A program made the translations under genes and the position numbers. Shown one piece after another: positions 48,976-57,531 of a DNA stretch of 64,000 nucleotides. The DNA is from an uncultured Christensenella sp. (GTDB taxonomy: Bacteria; Bacillota; Clostridia; Christensenellales; Borkfalkiaceae). Under the pieces are notes generated by a model that saw only the letters and a program-made list of their open reading frames with translations, was not told where the DNA came from and did no database searches. Within the stretch, counting starts at the first letter, position 1. Every line of letters begins with the position of its first letter. The stretch is taken from assembly GCA_910585595.1 (NCBI GenBank), contig CAJUET010000002.1, positions 135,418-199,417 on the forward strand. The letters are read 5' to 3'.

Positions 48976-50259
48976 ATGTTTAGAAAAATTCAAAAACCAA
49001 TGTCCGTATTCACAATCAGTATATTACTGTTTTTAATCGTGTTAAGCACTTGTACTACTTTTCTACAAATTCATACAGCACAGGCTCAAACATTTGAGCA
49101 ACATATTCCTACCTTTGGTCTATACTGCAAAGATGAAACCATTATACAATCTGGCACTGTTAAATACGATTTATCGGATGCCGAAACCATTGCGCAAGGA
49201 AAAAGCTCAATACAATCAAGTTATCAAATTGCGGCAGTTAATCGCACAGTTGAATTTGTAATACCTTTTATATCGTCAGCAGAAAATGCCCCACTCTTTT
49301 CTATTAAAGCAAATGAGCAAAAAATCGACTGCTCAATTTGGTACGGAAACCCCTTCTTTTCGTCCGATGAAGATACAGACTTTGAAAGCCTTATTGACGA
49401 TACATATTCAACCGATATTGATAAAGCCATAAAAGGAACGCTCTATACAATAACACCAGACAATGAAACGATTTCGATTGAATTATCTTTTGCCGAAAAC
49501 AAACGAAGTAGTTTCATATATGAAACCTCTAATCAATTATCGGCATCAAGTTCAGCCAGCGGAACTTACACTTGGACTTTGAAAAACGCTTTTATAAAAC
49601 CCGAATATAAATTTTTCATACTTGGCGAAAATTCCAACCACTCTTTTTCATGCAGCAGTGAATATCAAACGGAAACAATAACTTGCAAAGATTACATTGA
49701 TCGTCAATATGAATACTTGAAAGAACTTTACGATGAATACGGGATTGCCGTTGATTTTCTCTATTCAATGTTTAATCTGCTATTGCAAAACAAGCAAAGC
49801 GTAGTTTATGACGATTTATTCTTTAATTCTATAAATACACAAAGATATAACGTATATAAGTTTTCTATACAGCTCGATACGACTACACTCATCAATTACG
49901 AACTTCCTGTAAACATACAACGCAATTTTGCTTTTACTCCAACGATATATTTGCTTGAGCAAAAGAATTTAGGAAACTACCCTATATTCTACATTGCTGA
50001 ACTAAACAATGAAATACCCTATATCATTGAATCAAGCGTCAAATTCATTAAAGACGGACTTACATATAGTGCCGAAACCGCCGACGATTATTACTTCGTT
50101 TTCAGTTCGTCCGAAAAGCCCCAAAGTGCCACGTTCCCTACTAACAGCAACGATAATAAGGCTTTGATTATCTGCTGTTCTGTTATAGGTGGAATCGCAT
50201 TTATCGCCTTAATTGTTCTGATAGGAATTGTAATACATCAAAAGGTTAAACACCGCTAA
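48976..50259 (+). CDS. secreted protein with N-terminal signal/anchor and C-terminal TM anchor, unknown function
   Basis: 427 aa. N-terminal hydrophobic segment ending AQAQ. C-terminal LIICCSVIGGIAFIALIVLIGIVI followed by HQKVKHR. Confidence 0.65.
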   Translation: MFRKIQKPMSVFTISILLFLIVLSTCTTFLQIHTAQAQTFEQHIPTFGLYCKDETIIQSGTVKYDLSDAETIAQGKSSIQSSYQIAAVNRTVEFVIPFISSAENAPLFSIKANEQKIDCSIWYGNPFFSSDEDTDFESLIDDTYSTDIDKAIKGTLYTITPDNETISIELSFAENKRSSFIYETSNQLSASSSASGTYTWTLKNAFIKPEYKFFILGENSNHSFSCSSEYQTETITCKDYIDRQYEYLKELYDEYGIAVDFLYSMFNLLLQNKQSVVYDDLFFNSINTQRYNVYKFSIQLDTTTLINYELPVNIQRNFAFTPTIYLLEQKNLGNYPIFYIAELNNEIPYIIESSVKFIKDGLTYSAETADDYYFVFSSSEKPQSATFPTNSNDNKALIICCSVIGGIAFIALIVLIGIVIHQKVKHR

Positions 50260-50276
50260 AAACCGCTAACTGACAG

Positions 50277-50340
50277 CAGGGCGTGTGCTTGTCTTGATAC
50301 GAGAGCGGCGCTGGCGCGCCGCCGACAAGCACACGCCCTG
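50277..50340. repeat. GC-rich nested hairpin
   Basis: Perfect 17-bp arms CAGGGCGTGTGCTTGTC / GACAAGCACACGCCCTG enclosing an inner 7-bp hairpin GCGGCGC-TGGC-GCGCCGC. No flanking T-run. Confidence 0.8.
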
Positions 50341-50374
50341 CGCAACCCAACCCAACGAAAACCATAGTAACAAA

Positions 50375-50447
50375 TAGCGACGGCGAAAATTCGGGCGACA
50401 CGCGCAGGCTTTCCGTGTCCGCCCGAATTTTTCTTTCGCCGTCGCTA
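50375..50447. repeat. long imperfect hairpin (about 28 bp paired) abutting the rep stop codon
   Basis: TAGCGACGGCGAAAATTCGGGCGACACG - loop - CGTGTCCGCCCGAATTTTTCTTTCGCCGTCGCTA. One 1-nt and one 5-nt bulge by hand pairing. Confidence 0.8.
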
Positions 50448-50449
50448 CA

Positions 50450-51484
50450 TTAGTTACTTTTACGCATTTGCGCTATTACTTCGGGGCTTACCCTTCCCAT
50501 ATATAAGCCCTCGTCCCAGCAGTTGAAATCGTCGAATAATAGTAGTTTCTTATCCTCTTGCCCTATTGTGCATACAATGTCCTCGTCCATTATGTCGGAT
50601 ATAAAGTATTGGTACAGCCCCTTGCTGTACACTATTTTTTCGCCTGTCTTTTCTATATATTTCATTAAATAAGCGAGTGCCTCGCCATATAAGTTTGGAT
50701 CTAATACTTTGAAATCGTTGCGCCCGAATCGTTCCGCAAAATAGGTATTTAGCGTTATCGTCTGCATGGTATGCGACACCGTGCTGAAATCGGTCTTTTC
50801 CACAAGTTCGCCGACCATAGCATCGTCCGGCACGTTGAATAAACCGTGAAAATGTAACCGCTTCTTTTCGGGTGATCGTTCCCATACGCCCATATACTTC
50901 CATCCCTGTCTATATGCAAGCAATGATAATTTGTTCTTCAGCTTCTTTTTGAATGTTTCTTCGGTGTGCTTTTTGTCATCGTATGTAAACGTGCAGAAGT
51001 AATTAAACTTTGCCAAATTAGCTTTTCGCACCATACGAACACGCCTACTCACTATGTTCCTATGCTTCCTTTCAAACCCTAAATCGACATACCACTTTAA
51101 CTGCTCTATACTGTCAAAATACGCCTCCATACCTTCCATAACTTTGAAATGCCGCTGCGCTCTCGGCAAGTCAATGTATTTGTTATACAATTCTTCAAAC
51201 AACTCCTTCCGCGTCATCTGACGTTCTCGTAGCGGCTGTGTATTGGCTTCTAACGGCTCGTTTGGTGATTCCGCTATTACTTGCTCGTCAGCTTCGCCCC
51301 CGTCGCTTTCGCAAGAAATTAAAGGCTCCGGCGCCTTATCGGTGTCGAAGCCTTCTTCTTTTGCTTCTGCGACGGTTATTACTTCCTCTATAGGTTTCGG
51401 ACGGTAACGCTGTGGACGTTCCGTATGCGGTATCGCTATGTAATGCGATCCGTCAAAATACACTTTGGTTTCTCCGAATGGCAT
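50450..51484 (-). CDS. rolling-circle replication initiator (HUH endonuclease, two-tyrosine type)
   Basis: Motif I YFCTFTYDD, motif II RLHFHGLFNV (HUH), motif III LAYLMKYIEK (Y-x3-Y as in phiX174 A / gokushovirus VP4-type Reps). Confidence 0.75.
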   Translation of the reverse strand: MPFGETKVYFDGSHYIAIPHTERPQRYRPKPIEEVITVAEAKEEGFDTDKAPEPLISCESDGGEADEQVIAESPNEPLEANTQPLRERQMTRKELFEELYNKYIDLPRAQRHFKVMEGMEAYFDSIEQLKWYVDLGFERKHRNIVSRRVRMVRKANLAKFNYFCTFTYDDKKHTEETFKKKLKNKLSLLAYRQGWKYMGVWERSPEKKRLHFHGLFNVPDDAMVGELVEKTDFSTVSHTMQTITLNTYFAERFGRNDFKVLDPNLYGEALAYLMKYIEKTGEKIVYSKGLYQYFISDIMDEDIVCTIGQEDKKLLLFDDFNCWDEGLYMGRVSPEVIAQMRKSN

Positions 51485-51518
51485 TTTGACTTTAACGAGG
51501 GATAACCGTCTTATAAAG

Positions 51519-51731
51519 TTATTTACGCCGCTTGTTATACTCGGGCGTATTCTTATAAAGTAGAGCGTACTCGAAATTGCCGTGTACTTTCATTGCTCGC
51601 TTGAGCGCCTTTTTATCACCGTTCTCGGCGGCTTCACGCAATTCATTCTCGCTGTAATGATAGCCACTCTTGAGTTCGCTTACGGAATATTTATGCGCCA
51701 ATTTCTTGTGCCTTAAAGTGAAAAATCCCAC
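51519..51731 (-). CDS. hypothetical basic protein (70 aa)
   Basis: GTG start with AAGGAGGT RBS embedded in the end of the upstream gene. Confidence 0.45.
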   Translation of the reverse strand: MGFFTLRHKKLAHKYSVSELKSGYHYSENELREAAENGDKKALKRAMKVHGNFEYALLYKNTPEYNKRRK

Positions 51732-51733
51732 GC

Positions 51734-52306
51734 TTACTTACCTCCTTTTTTTAATTGTCTTTGTTGCTTTTTATCAAGTTTGCGCTCACGCTTCGCCTGC
51801 TTTTGGACAAGTCTTTGTTCTCGTATAGCTTGCTTTTTAGCAAGCTTACGCTCACGCTTCAACTGTTTTTTGGCAAGTTTCTGTTCTCGTATAGCCTGCT
51901 TTTTAGCAAGCTTAAGCTCGCGCTTCGCTTGCTTTTGGGCAAGTCTTTGTTCTCGTATAGCCTGCTTATTAGCGAGTTTGGGTTCGCGCTTCTTTTGCAA
52001 CTTATCGAGCTTGGCTTGCTTTTTGGCGAGTTTATTATTTCGCTTTTCTTGCTTCTTTTCAAGTTTCAAACGGCGCTTTTCTTGCTTGACTTTCACTTGC
52101 TGTTCTTTGAGCTTTTTCTTTTGATACTGCCGATCTTCTTTGTCGATTTTCTTAAACGATTTCTTCATATTCTTAAAAATATAATTGAGTATTTTATCGT
52201 TGAATTTGTCCGGCACGAAGTCGGCGGTATCGAGCGTGTGCGAAAAGGTTTCGTAATACTTAATAAGGCAAGCGTTTATGAGTTTGTTTTTGTTGTAGTT
52301 AATCAT
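51734..52306 (-). CDS. lysine/glutamine-rich coiled-coil repeat protein (190 aa)
   Basis: C-terminal half is 22-aa repeats LAKKQAIREQ(K/R)LA(K/Q)KQ(L/A)KRE(R/L)K. ATGA overlap with the Zot-like gene. Confidence 0.65.
   Translation of the reverse strand: MINYNKNKLINACLIKYYETFSHTLDTADFVPDKFNDKILNYIFKNMKKSFKKIDKEDRQYQKKKLKEQQVKVKQEKRRLKLEKKQEKRNNKLAKKQAKLDKLQKKREPKLANKQAIREQRLAQKQAKRELKLAKKQAIREQKLAKKQLKRERKLAKKQAIREQRLVQKQAKRERKLDKKQQRQLKKGGK
51779..51976. repeat. three exact-phase 66-bp tandem repeats (coding), with degenerate copies up to about 52090
   Basis: Units at 51779-51844, 51845-51910 and 51911-51976 each end in AGC(A/G)AG. They lie inside ORF 51734..52306. Confidence 0.85.
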
Positions 52307-53124
52307 GCGACTTTACCTCTCTTTTGATAGTATCCTTCGGGCAACTCGTCGTCGTTTTCTTCGAGATAACGGATATAGCCTTCAAGCGTTTGCTCGGTAG
52401 GCTCTGACTGCTGATAATCGAAGTCCTCATTAAAGTGTCCTTGATAGAACTTCGGCTTGCAGCATTGACTATCATAGCATTCAAATACATTGTAGTCCGC
52501 TGTAACCACTTCTACCGTATAGCAACTCTTATCCTGTTTGCCACTCGACATATACTTGTCGAATAAGCTGCTGTTCTCTATACGGCGAATATGCCACGTC
52601 AGGCGGCAAGGTCTGCCGAAATCGTTGTATTCTTTGTCTAACTTTATTATCTCTATGAACTGCGACAATTCCCGAATGTTGACGTCGATTAGCATTGGTC
52701 TTTGCGTGTCAAGATAAACGTCCAAATCGTTATGCCCGTGCTGTTCATACCATCTACTTTGCCAATCCGGAAAATACATAGATAATCTGCTATTAAGGTA
52801 CTTTTGCGCTTCCGTAATGCAGATAACCTCATAAGGTAAATTAAAATGCGTTTGCACAAACGGATTGGCAAAGCCCAGACGGTAAGGGTTAATTCGGCGG
52901 CTATATCGGGGGCTGTACCGATAGCGCTTAAACGTCATATCGTAGTTAGCCGAAACACAGTGAATCGGCACAGTCCCCAAGTTTTCAAAGCCGCTATTTC
53001 TTTTCCCTATAATCTCACGAGCCATAGTCCGATTACGAACCTTGTCAAACGCATAACCGTTTGCAACGTGCGTCATAAAACAGGTCTTGCCCGTTCGCGG
53101 CGGTGCGAAAATTATCGTTATCAT
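52303..53124 (-). CDS. Zot/gpI-like P-loop NTPase (filamentous-phage assembly ATPase family), no TM segment seen
   Basis: Walker A IIFAPPRTGKT at the extreme N-terminus. VICITEAQKYLNSR (Walker B position). WYEQHGHNDLDVYLDTQRPMLIDVNIRELS parallels M13 gpI WFLHARKLGWDIIFLVQDLSIVDKQARSAL. Confidence 0.65.
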   Translation of the reverse strand: MITIIFAPPRTGKTCFMTHVANGYAFDKVRNRTMAREIIGKRNSGFENLGTVPIHCVSANYDMTFKRYRYSPRYSRRINPYRLGFANPFVQTHFNLPYEVICITEAQKYLNSRLSMYFPDWQSRWYEQHGHNDLDVYLDTQRPMLIDVNIRELSQFIEIIKLDKEYNDFGRPCRLTWHIRRIENSSLFDKYMSSGKQDKSCYTVEVVTADYNVFECYDSQCCKPKFYQGHFNEDFDYQQSEPTEQTLEGYIRYLEENDDELPEGYYQKRGKVA

Positions 53125-53128
53125 AGGC

Positions 53129-55510
53129 TTACCTTAAAACGTACAAATCCCACATAGTCATCATTTCAATGTAGAAACCTGCATTGTCAGACCATTCGAC
53201 AGTTAATACGCCGTCTTTCTTGCACGATATGGTAATAGTAAATGTGTTTGGTGTTCCGTAATCCACAACACCGAGCGTTGCCGAGAACGGCGTAGTGCTT
53301 GTCAATACCTTTTCGCCCGGATAGTGGTCGAAACTCATACCGCTGCTGTCGAGCGCAAACCATTCGTTACCGTCGAACTGCCAGCCGTAACAGCCGTTGC
53401 CATCAGACGAGTTATACCAGAAACTATTGTTACCGTCATCACTAATGTTGGCTTGCATAAAGTTGGCGGTTATCTTGATTTTATCGCCTTTCTTCAAGCC
53501 GCTCACTTGCAAATCTACACTATGTGTATTGCTGTCGCCGTAAACGTATTGCTGTTCGTTAGATAAAAGTTTCCATGTCCCGTGTTTAGCCGTAAAGGTT
53601 GTGTTAGCGGTAATCTTATAAGTTGCGACGTTCACGATATTCGTTCCGTCAACCGTCCAGCCCTTGAAAGTATCGCTACTGAACGTAGGCGCGGTTGCAT
53701 AACCGCCGCTTTGTACCTGTTGCGTCGAAAGGGTTGTGTTGCCGTTCTTGAACGTAACCGTGAGCTTGTCAATACGGAATACGGCGTTAAAAGTAACGTT
53801 GCCCGTAATTGCGTAACTGCTTACGTTGACAGTGTTCGTTCCGTCGATAGACCAGCCGACAAACACGTAATTCGTTTTCGTCGGATCGCTCGGCTTGCTT
53901 GCATATTTCCCGTGTTCTATCGTCTGTGTAGACAGCGTTTTACCGTCGTTTTTGAATGTAACGGTATAAGTTTGAATACGGAAGATAGCGGTAAAAGTTA
54001 CGTTTTCGTTAACGATATAATTGCTTACGTCAATGGGGCTTGTACCGTCTAACGACCAACCGACGAAGATATGATTTGCCTTTGTCGGATTGCTCGGCAC
54101 GGTAGGCTTTCCATTCTTTACAACGAGTTGCGTATTGTGTGTACTGCCTTCCGCCATAAACTTGACGTCGTATTTGTAGGTGATGTCGGCAACGAAAACG
54201 GTGTCTGCCGTAATGCGGTATTCGCTTACGTCCGTCATAACGCCGTTGACTTTCCAGCCGTTGAAAACTTTATATGCCGTGCTTGCAGCGGCAGGCGCGG
54301 TTGCATAGTTGCCGCTCTTGACGGTTTCGTTTTTCAGCGTGGTATCTTCGTACTTGAACACTACCGAATACAACTTTGTGAATTTTGCCGTAAAGGTTAC
54401 GTTCTGCGTTACGGTGTAGTTTGCAAGATTGACTACGTTATTGCCGTCGAGCGTCCAACCGTCGAACACATAACCGTTCTTCGTCGGGTTAGTGGGTACG
54501 TTAACTTTTGCGTCTTTGAGTACAATTTGACTGTTATGATTTTCGCCGTCGGATATGAAGTTGACTTCGTACTTGCGCGTAACGTCGGCAACGATTTTGG
54601 TATTTGCCGTTATGCGGTAGGTGGCAAGGTCGATAGGTTCTCCGTCCACAGTCCAACCGTTGAAAATGAGATATGCGGTGGACGGCGGCGTTGCAACCGT
54701 TAAAAGACTGTTTTTGTTGACAACTTGAATGTTGTACACGCTGCCGTCGAACTCGAACGTAGCGACAACTTGTTCGCCGCTTTCTAATGAAGCGAGATAC
54801 TGTTCATAGTAACTTACCGATTTTTGCAATTCCGCAATCTTGACATTAAGAGCGTTGACTACCGCAGAATTGTTTTGCGATTGCAGAGTAAGGTCGGAAA
54901 TCTGATTATTAAGGCTTACGATTTGTGCGTTCAGTCCGTTAATTGTGCGCGTGTTCAGTTCGTTGGTTTCCTGCAACTGATTATTGAGTGATTGCAAATT
55001 GGAAATTTGTTCGTTTAACTGCGCTATTTGTCGTTCGTTCTCGTCTTTGTTTGCGGAGAGAGAAAGCACCTGATTATTGAGCGTAGCGATTTGTCCGTTC
55101 AAATCTGTGATTGTCACTTCATTGCTTGCCTTGATAGTGTTTAGTGTGTCGATTTGCGTTTGCAGAGCGGTTTTCTGTTCGTTAAGCGTTCCGATTTGCC
55201 CTTGATAATCCTTAATGCTGTTATTCAGGGCGTTGGCTTCGCTCGTGTACTGCGAGATTAAATCGTTCTGCGTAGTTATCGTATCGCGGTAACTGTTGAT
55301 GAGATTGTCGTATTCTTCCTTGTCGGTAAGAGCGGTATTGTAGCCGTCTTCGTAGGCGTTTTGAACGTCGTCCTGCGTATAAAGACCGTTGCCCGCCATA
55401 CCTTCCTTAACCTTAGACCAATTTATGATGCCCCACGTCAGCACGAAGGCGAACGCGGCGACAATGAGAATACTGAATATGATTGTTAATACTTTTTTTG
55501 TCGTTGACAT
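53129..55510 (-). CDS. N-terminally anchored protein with Asn/Gln-rich coiled coil, six Listeria-Bacteroides-type repeats and a C-terminal globular domain
   Basis: N-terminal TM helix (VLTIIFSILIVAAFAFVLTWGII). LNNQ-type heptads from about residue 90 to 240. Six ~68-aa units of pattern Y.V.F...G......V..G......P..P....Y.F.GW..DG.....Y.IT.N.TF.A.F. Confidence 0.7.
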   Translation of the reverse strand: MSTTKKVLTIIFSILIVAAFAFVLTWGIINWSKVKEGMAGNGLYTQDDVQNAYEDGYNTALTDKEEYDNLINSYRDTITTQNDLISQYTSEANALNNSIKDYQGQIGTLNEQKTALQTQIDTLNTIKASNEVTITDLNGQIATLNNQVLSLSANKDENERQIAQLNEQISNLQSLNNQLQETNELNTRTINGLNAQIVSLNNQISDLTLQSQNNSAVVNALNVKIAELQKSVSYYEQYLASLESGEQVVATFEFDGSVYNIQVVNKNSLLTVATPPSTAYLIFNGWTVDGEPIDLATYRITANTKIVADVTRKYEVNFISDGENHNSQIVLKDAKVNVPTNPTKNGYVFDGWTLDGNNVVNLANYTVTQNVTFTAKFTKLYSVVFKYEDTTLKNETVKSGNYATAPAAASTAYKVFNGWKVNGVMTDVSEYRITADTVFVADITYKYDVKFMAEGSTHNTQLVVKNGKPTVPSNPTKANHIFVGWSLDGTSPIDVSNYIVNENVTFTAIFRIQTYTVTFKNDGKTLSTQTIEHGKYASKPSDPTKTNYVFVGWSIDGTNTVNVSSYAITGNVTFNAVFRIDKLTVTFKNGNTTLSTQQVQSGGYATAPTFSSDTFKGWTVDGTNIVNVATYKITANTTFTAKHGTWKLLSNEQQYVYGDSNTHSVDLQVSGLKKGDKIKITANFMQANISDDGNNSFWYNSSDGNGCYGWQFDGNEWFALDSSGMSFDHYPGEKVLTSTTPFSATLGVVDYGTPNTFTITISCKKDGVLTVEWSDNAGFYIEMMTMWDLYVLR

Positions 55511-55522
55511 AGATAATTCTCC

Positions 55523-56050
55523 TTATAAAATTTCGATAATTTGCAAGCGCATACCGTTGTCCGAAAAGTATTGTTCCAAGAAGGACGCATTTTCGTTTCC
55601 GGTAGTCGCAAGCGTGAGTTGAGTTTTGCCGCTTAAAAATTTGACGGATATTTTCATAACCGAGCGATTTACGATTTGCCCGTCTGTATTGTAAAAGTCG
55701 AGATTGACTGTTGCATACACCGAGCCTGCTTTAATTTCGCAGTTGAGTAAAACGTAATCGTTCAGCACTACGTTGTACTTTTTGTTTTCGCCGTCGAAGT
55801 TCTCCGTTTTGAGCAAGTCTTTCTCGAAATAGTAGGTGTCCGTGTCGTCGTATAGGTCGTGATAGAAAACGACGCTCGTTGACGTGTACTTAAAACTTTC
55901 CTGTGAGAAACGGTTGCTTATGTCGATACTGCCGTTGACGTAACTTTCGGCTTTGATTTCCTTATACAGTTGCAAGCCGCAGAATACGCCGGCAACGATA
56001 AGCGCGAAGGCGAGAATATACAAAATAACCAATCCTATGATTTTCTTCAT
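55523..56050 (-). CDS. N-terminally anchored protein (175 aa), unknown
   Basis: MKKIIGLVILYILAFALIVAGVFCGL TM helix. ATGA overlap with the upstream gene. Confidence 0.6.
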   Translation of the reverse strand: MKKIIGLVILYILAFALIVAGVFCGLQLYKEIKAESYVNGSIDISNRFSQESFKYTSTSVVFYHDLYDDTDTYYFEKDLLKTENFDGENKKYNVVLNDYVLLNCEIKAGSVYATVNLDFYNTDGQIVNRSVMKISVKFLSGKTQLTLATTGNENASFLEQYFSDNGMRLQIIEIL

Positions 56051-57453
56051 ACCATCACCCCCGTAAGTTCGCCGTCGAATGCGTTTTGCAGTCCGTCGAA
56101 TGTGATTCCGCTTGATTTGTTAAGCGTTTGCAGGTTTGTACCGAACAGAGATTTTTCGAGCAAATAAACTGTCTGCGTTCCGCCACGAATGGTAAGCGTG
56201 TCGAGTTCCAAATTCTCAAAAGCGTTGTAATCCAAACCCACGATATTGATTTCCTTTTGCGTAAGATAGGTCGCGTTCAAATCGAGCGTGATATTGATTT
56301 TGGCTCTCGGAATTTCCGCGAACAGTTTTTTGGCGTCCATAGTAAGAGAAACAAAATACCCGTCGTAAACTTCGCTGTAACGGTAGGCGAAAATATCTTC
56401 GCCCCGTAATTTGCTCGTAACGTCGAGATTGTAGGTCATTCGTTCCTGCCAATAACTCGTGTCGATTTTATCTTCCGAAACGTCGTACTTTGAATTGTTG
56501 TCGATAATACCGAACATACTTTGCGTGCTGTTGCGTGCGCCGTTCTCGTCGTAATGAAATTTGAGTACCGAATACGTCTTGATAATGTCCGTAACGTCGT
56601 CTGTCTTGAATTTCTTTGTTTCATAATCGTATTCCTTGATAGAGAAAAGCGACGATAGGTCAACCGTAATGTAATAATCACCGTAACCTGCGCTGTTGGT
56701 TTTTACCGCCTGCATACACGACTGAAACAAACTGCCGTAGGTGTAGTAATAACGATTGTAAATGTCTCCGACTTTCCAGCCGATACCGAAGAAATTGCGT
56801 AGATCTCCGACGTCGCGGTCGAAATACTTGTTAAGAGAAATTGCGAACGCTCGGTCGTCGATTTTGATAATAAATTCGGTTGTGCGTTTGAGTTCGGTTG
56901 CGATACTGCCGTTTTCGTTGGTAACACCGTTCCAATTTATACCGTTGGTATAATCGTAATAATTGAAAGACTTATCGACGTAACTGTTTACGATTTTCAT
57001 AGCGTTATCATCCGTGCCGTAATAGCGGTCATTGTTTCCGAACGGGTTAATAAACTTGACGCTTGTATTGCCGTCCCACACGTCGAGCGGCAGTCCTTGA
57101 TAATCACCCAGATACTGCATACCCGTTGAGCGGTAATCCGTCGAGAGTAGGCTCGTCGTGGTAAAGTAGTTCATTTTGAGTTCTTGTAACTGTATGCCGT
57201 TGCCTTTGTCGTTACTGTAATAATTTACTTCGAGGAAATAACGGTCTTTGAGTTCGTCTTTTTCTTCTTCCGTCAGATCATCAGATTTGATTATCTCTTG
57301 GATATCCAAACCGACTTGGTTATCAATGTTGTTTACGCCTATCGTTATATCCTTCACAAAGTAGTGGTAATAGATAAAGGCGATAATAACGCACACACTG
57401 ATAACACACAAAAATACAAGGCAACAGTTGGCTATTGTTTTTAAGACCTTCAA
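56047..57453 (-). CDS. N-terminally anchored protein (468 aa), unknown
   Basis: TTG start with AAGGAGGT RBS. TM helix CCLVFLCVISVCVIIAFIYY. Tyr/Asn/Asp-rich ectodomain. Confidence 0.6.
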   Translation of the reverse strand: MKVLKTIANCCLVFLCVISVCVIIAFIYYHYFVKDITIGVNNIDNQVGLDIQEIIKSDDLTEEEKDELKDRYFLEVNYYSNDKGNGIQLQELKMNYFTTTSLLSTDYRSTGMQYLGDYQGLPLDVWDGNTSVKFINPFGNNDRYYGTDDNAMKIVNSYVDKSFNYYDYTNGINWNGVTNENGSIATELKRTTEFIIKIDDRAFAISLNKYFDRDVGDLRNFFGIGWKVGDIYNRYYYTYGSLFQSCMQAVKTNSAGYGDYYITVDLSSLFSIKEYDYETKKFKTDDVTDIIKTYSVLKFHYDENGARNSTQSMFGIIDNNSKYDVSEDKIDTSYWQERMTYNLDVTSKLRGEDIFAYRYSEVYDGYFVSLTMDAKKLFAEIPRAKINITLDLNATYLTQKEINIVGLDYNAFENLELDTLTIRGGTQTVYLLEKSLFGTNLQTLNKSSGITFDGLQNAFDGELTGVMV

Positions 57454-57480
57454 ATTTTTTGTACCTCCTTGTTAGAATAA

Positions 57481-57518
57481 AAGGCGCTAAATAAACTTTT
57501 CCGTCTAAATAGCGCCTT
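57481..57518 (-). terminator. hairpin (possible attenuator) immediately after the 52-aa ORF
   Basis: 9-bp stem AAGGCGCTA / TAGCGCCTT with a 20-nt loop, followed on the minus strand by TTATT. Confidence 0.35.
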
Positions 57519-57531
57519 CGTTGTTGGGGTT

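Noticed and set aside
50450-51484. Reading the Rep as a Microviridae (gokushovirus VP4-like) prophage or as an ICE relaxase
   Set aside because: The Rep motifs are similar to VP4. However, the module has no ~500-aa jelly-roll capsid candidate and does have a Zot-type ATPase. No coupling protein, VirB4 or other T4SS genes are present to support a conjugative relaxase role.
51779-52090. Regularly spaced 66-bp repeats that could be mistaken for a CRISPR array or a non-coding satellite
   Set aside because: The units are directly adjacent with no spacers and stay in one open reading frame. They encode a coherent 22-aa Lys/Gln repeat, so this is a coding tandem repeat. I saw no repeat-spacer architecture anywhere in the window.
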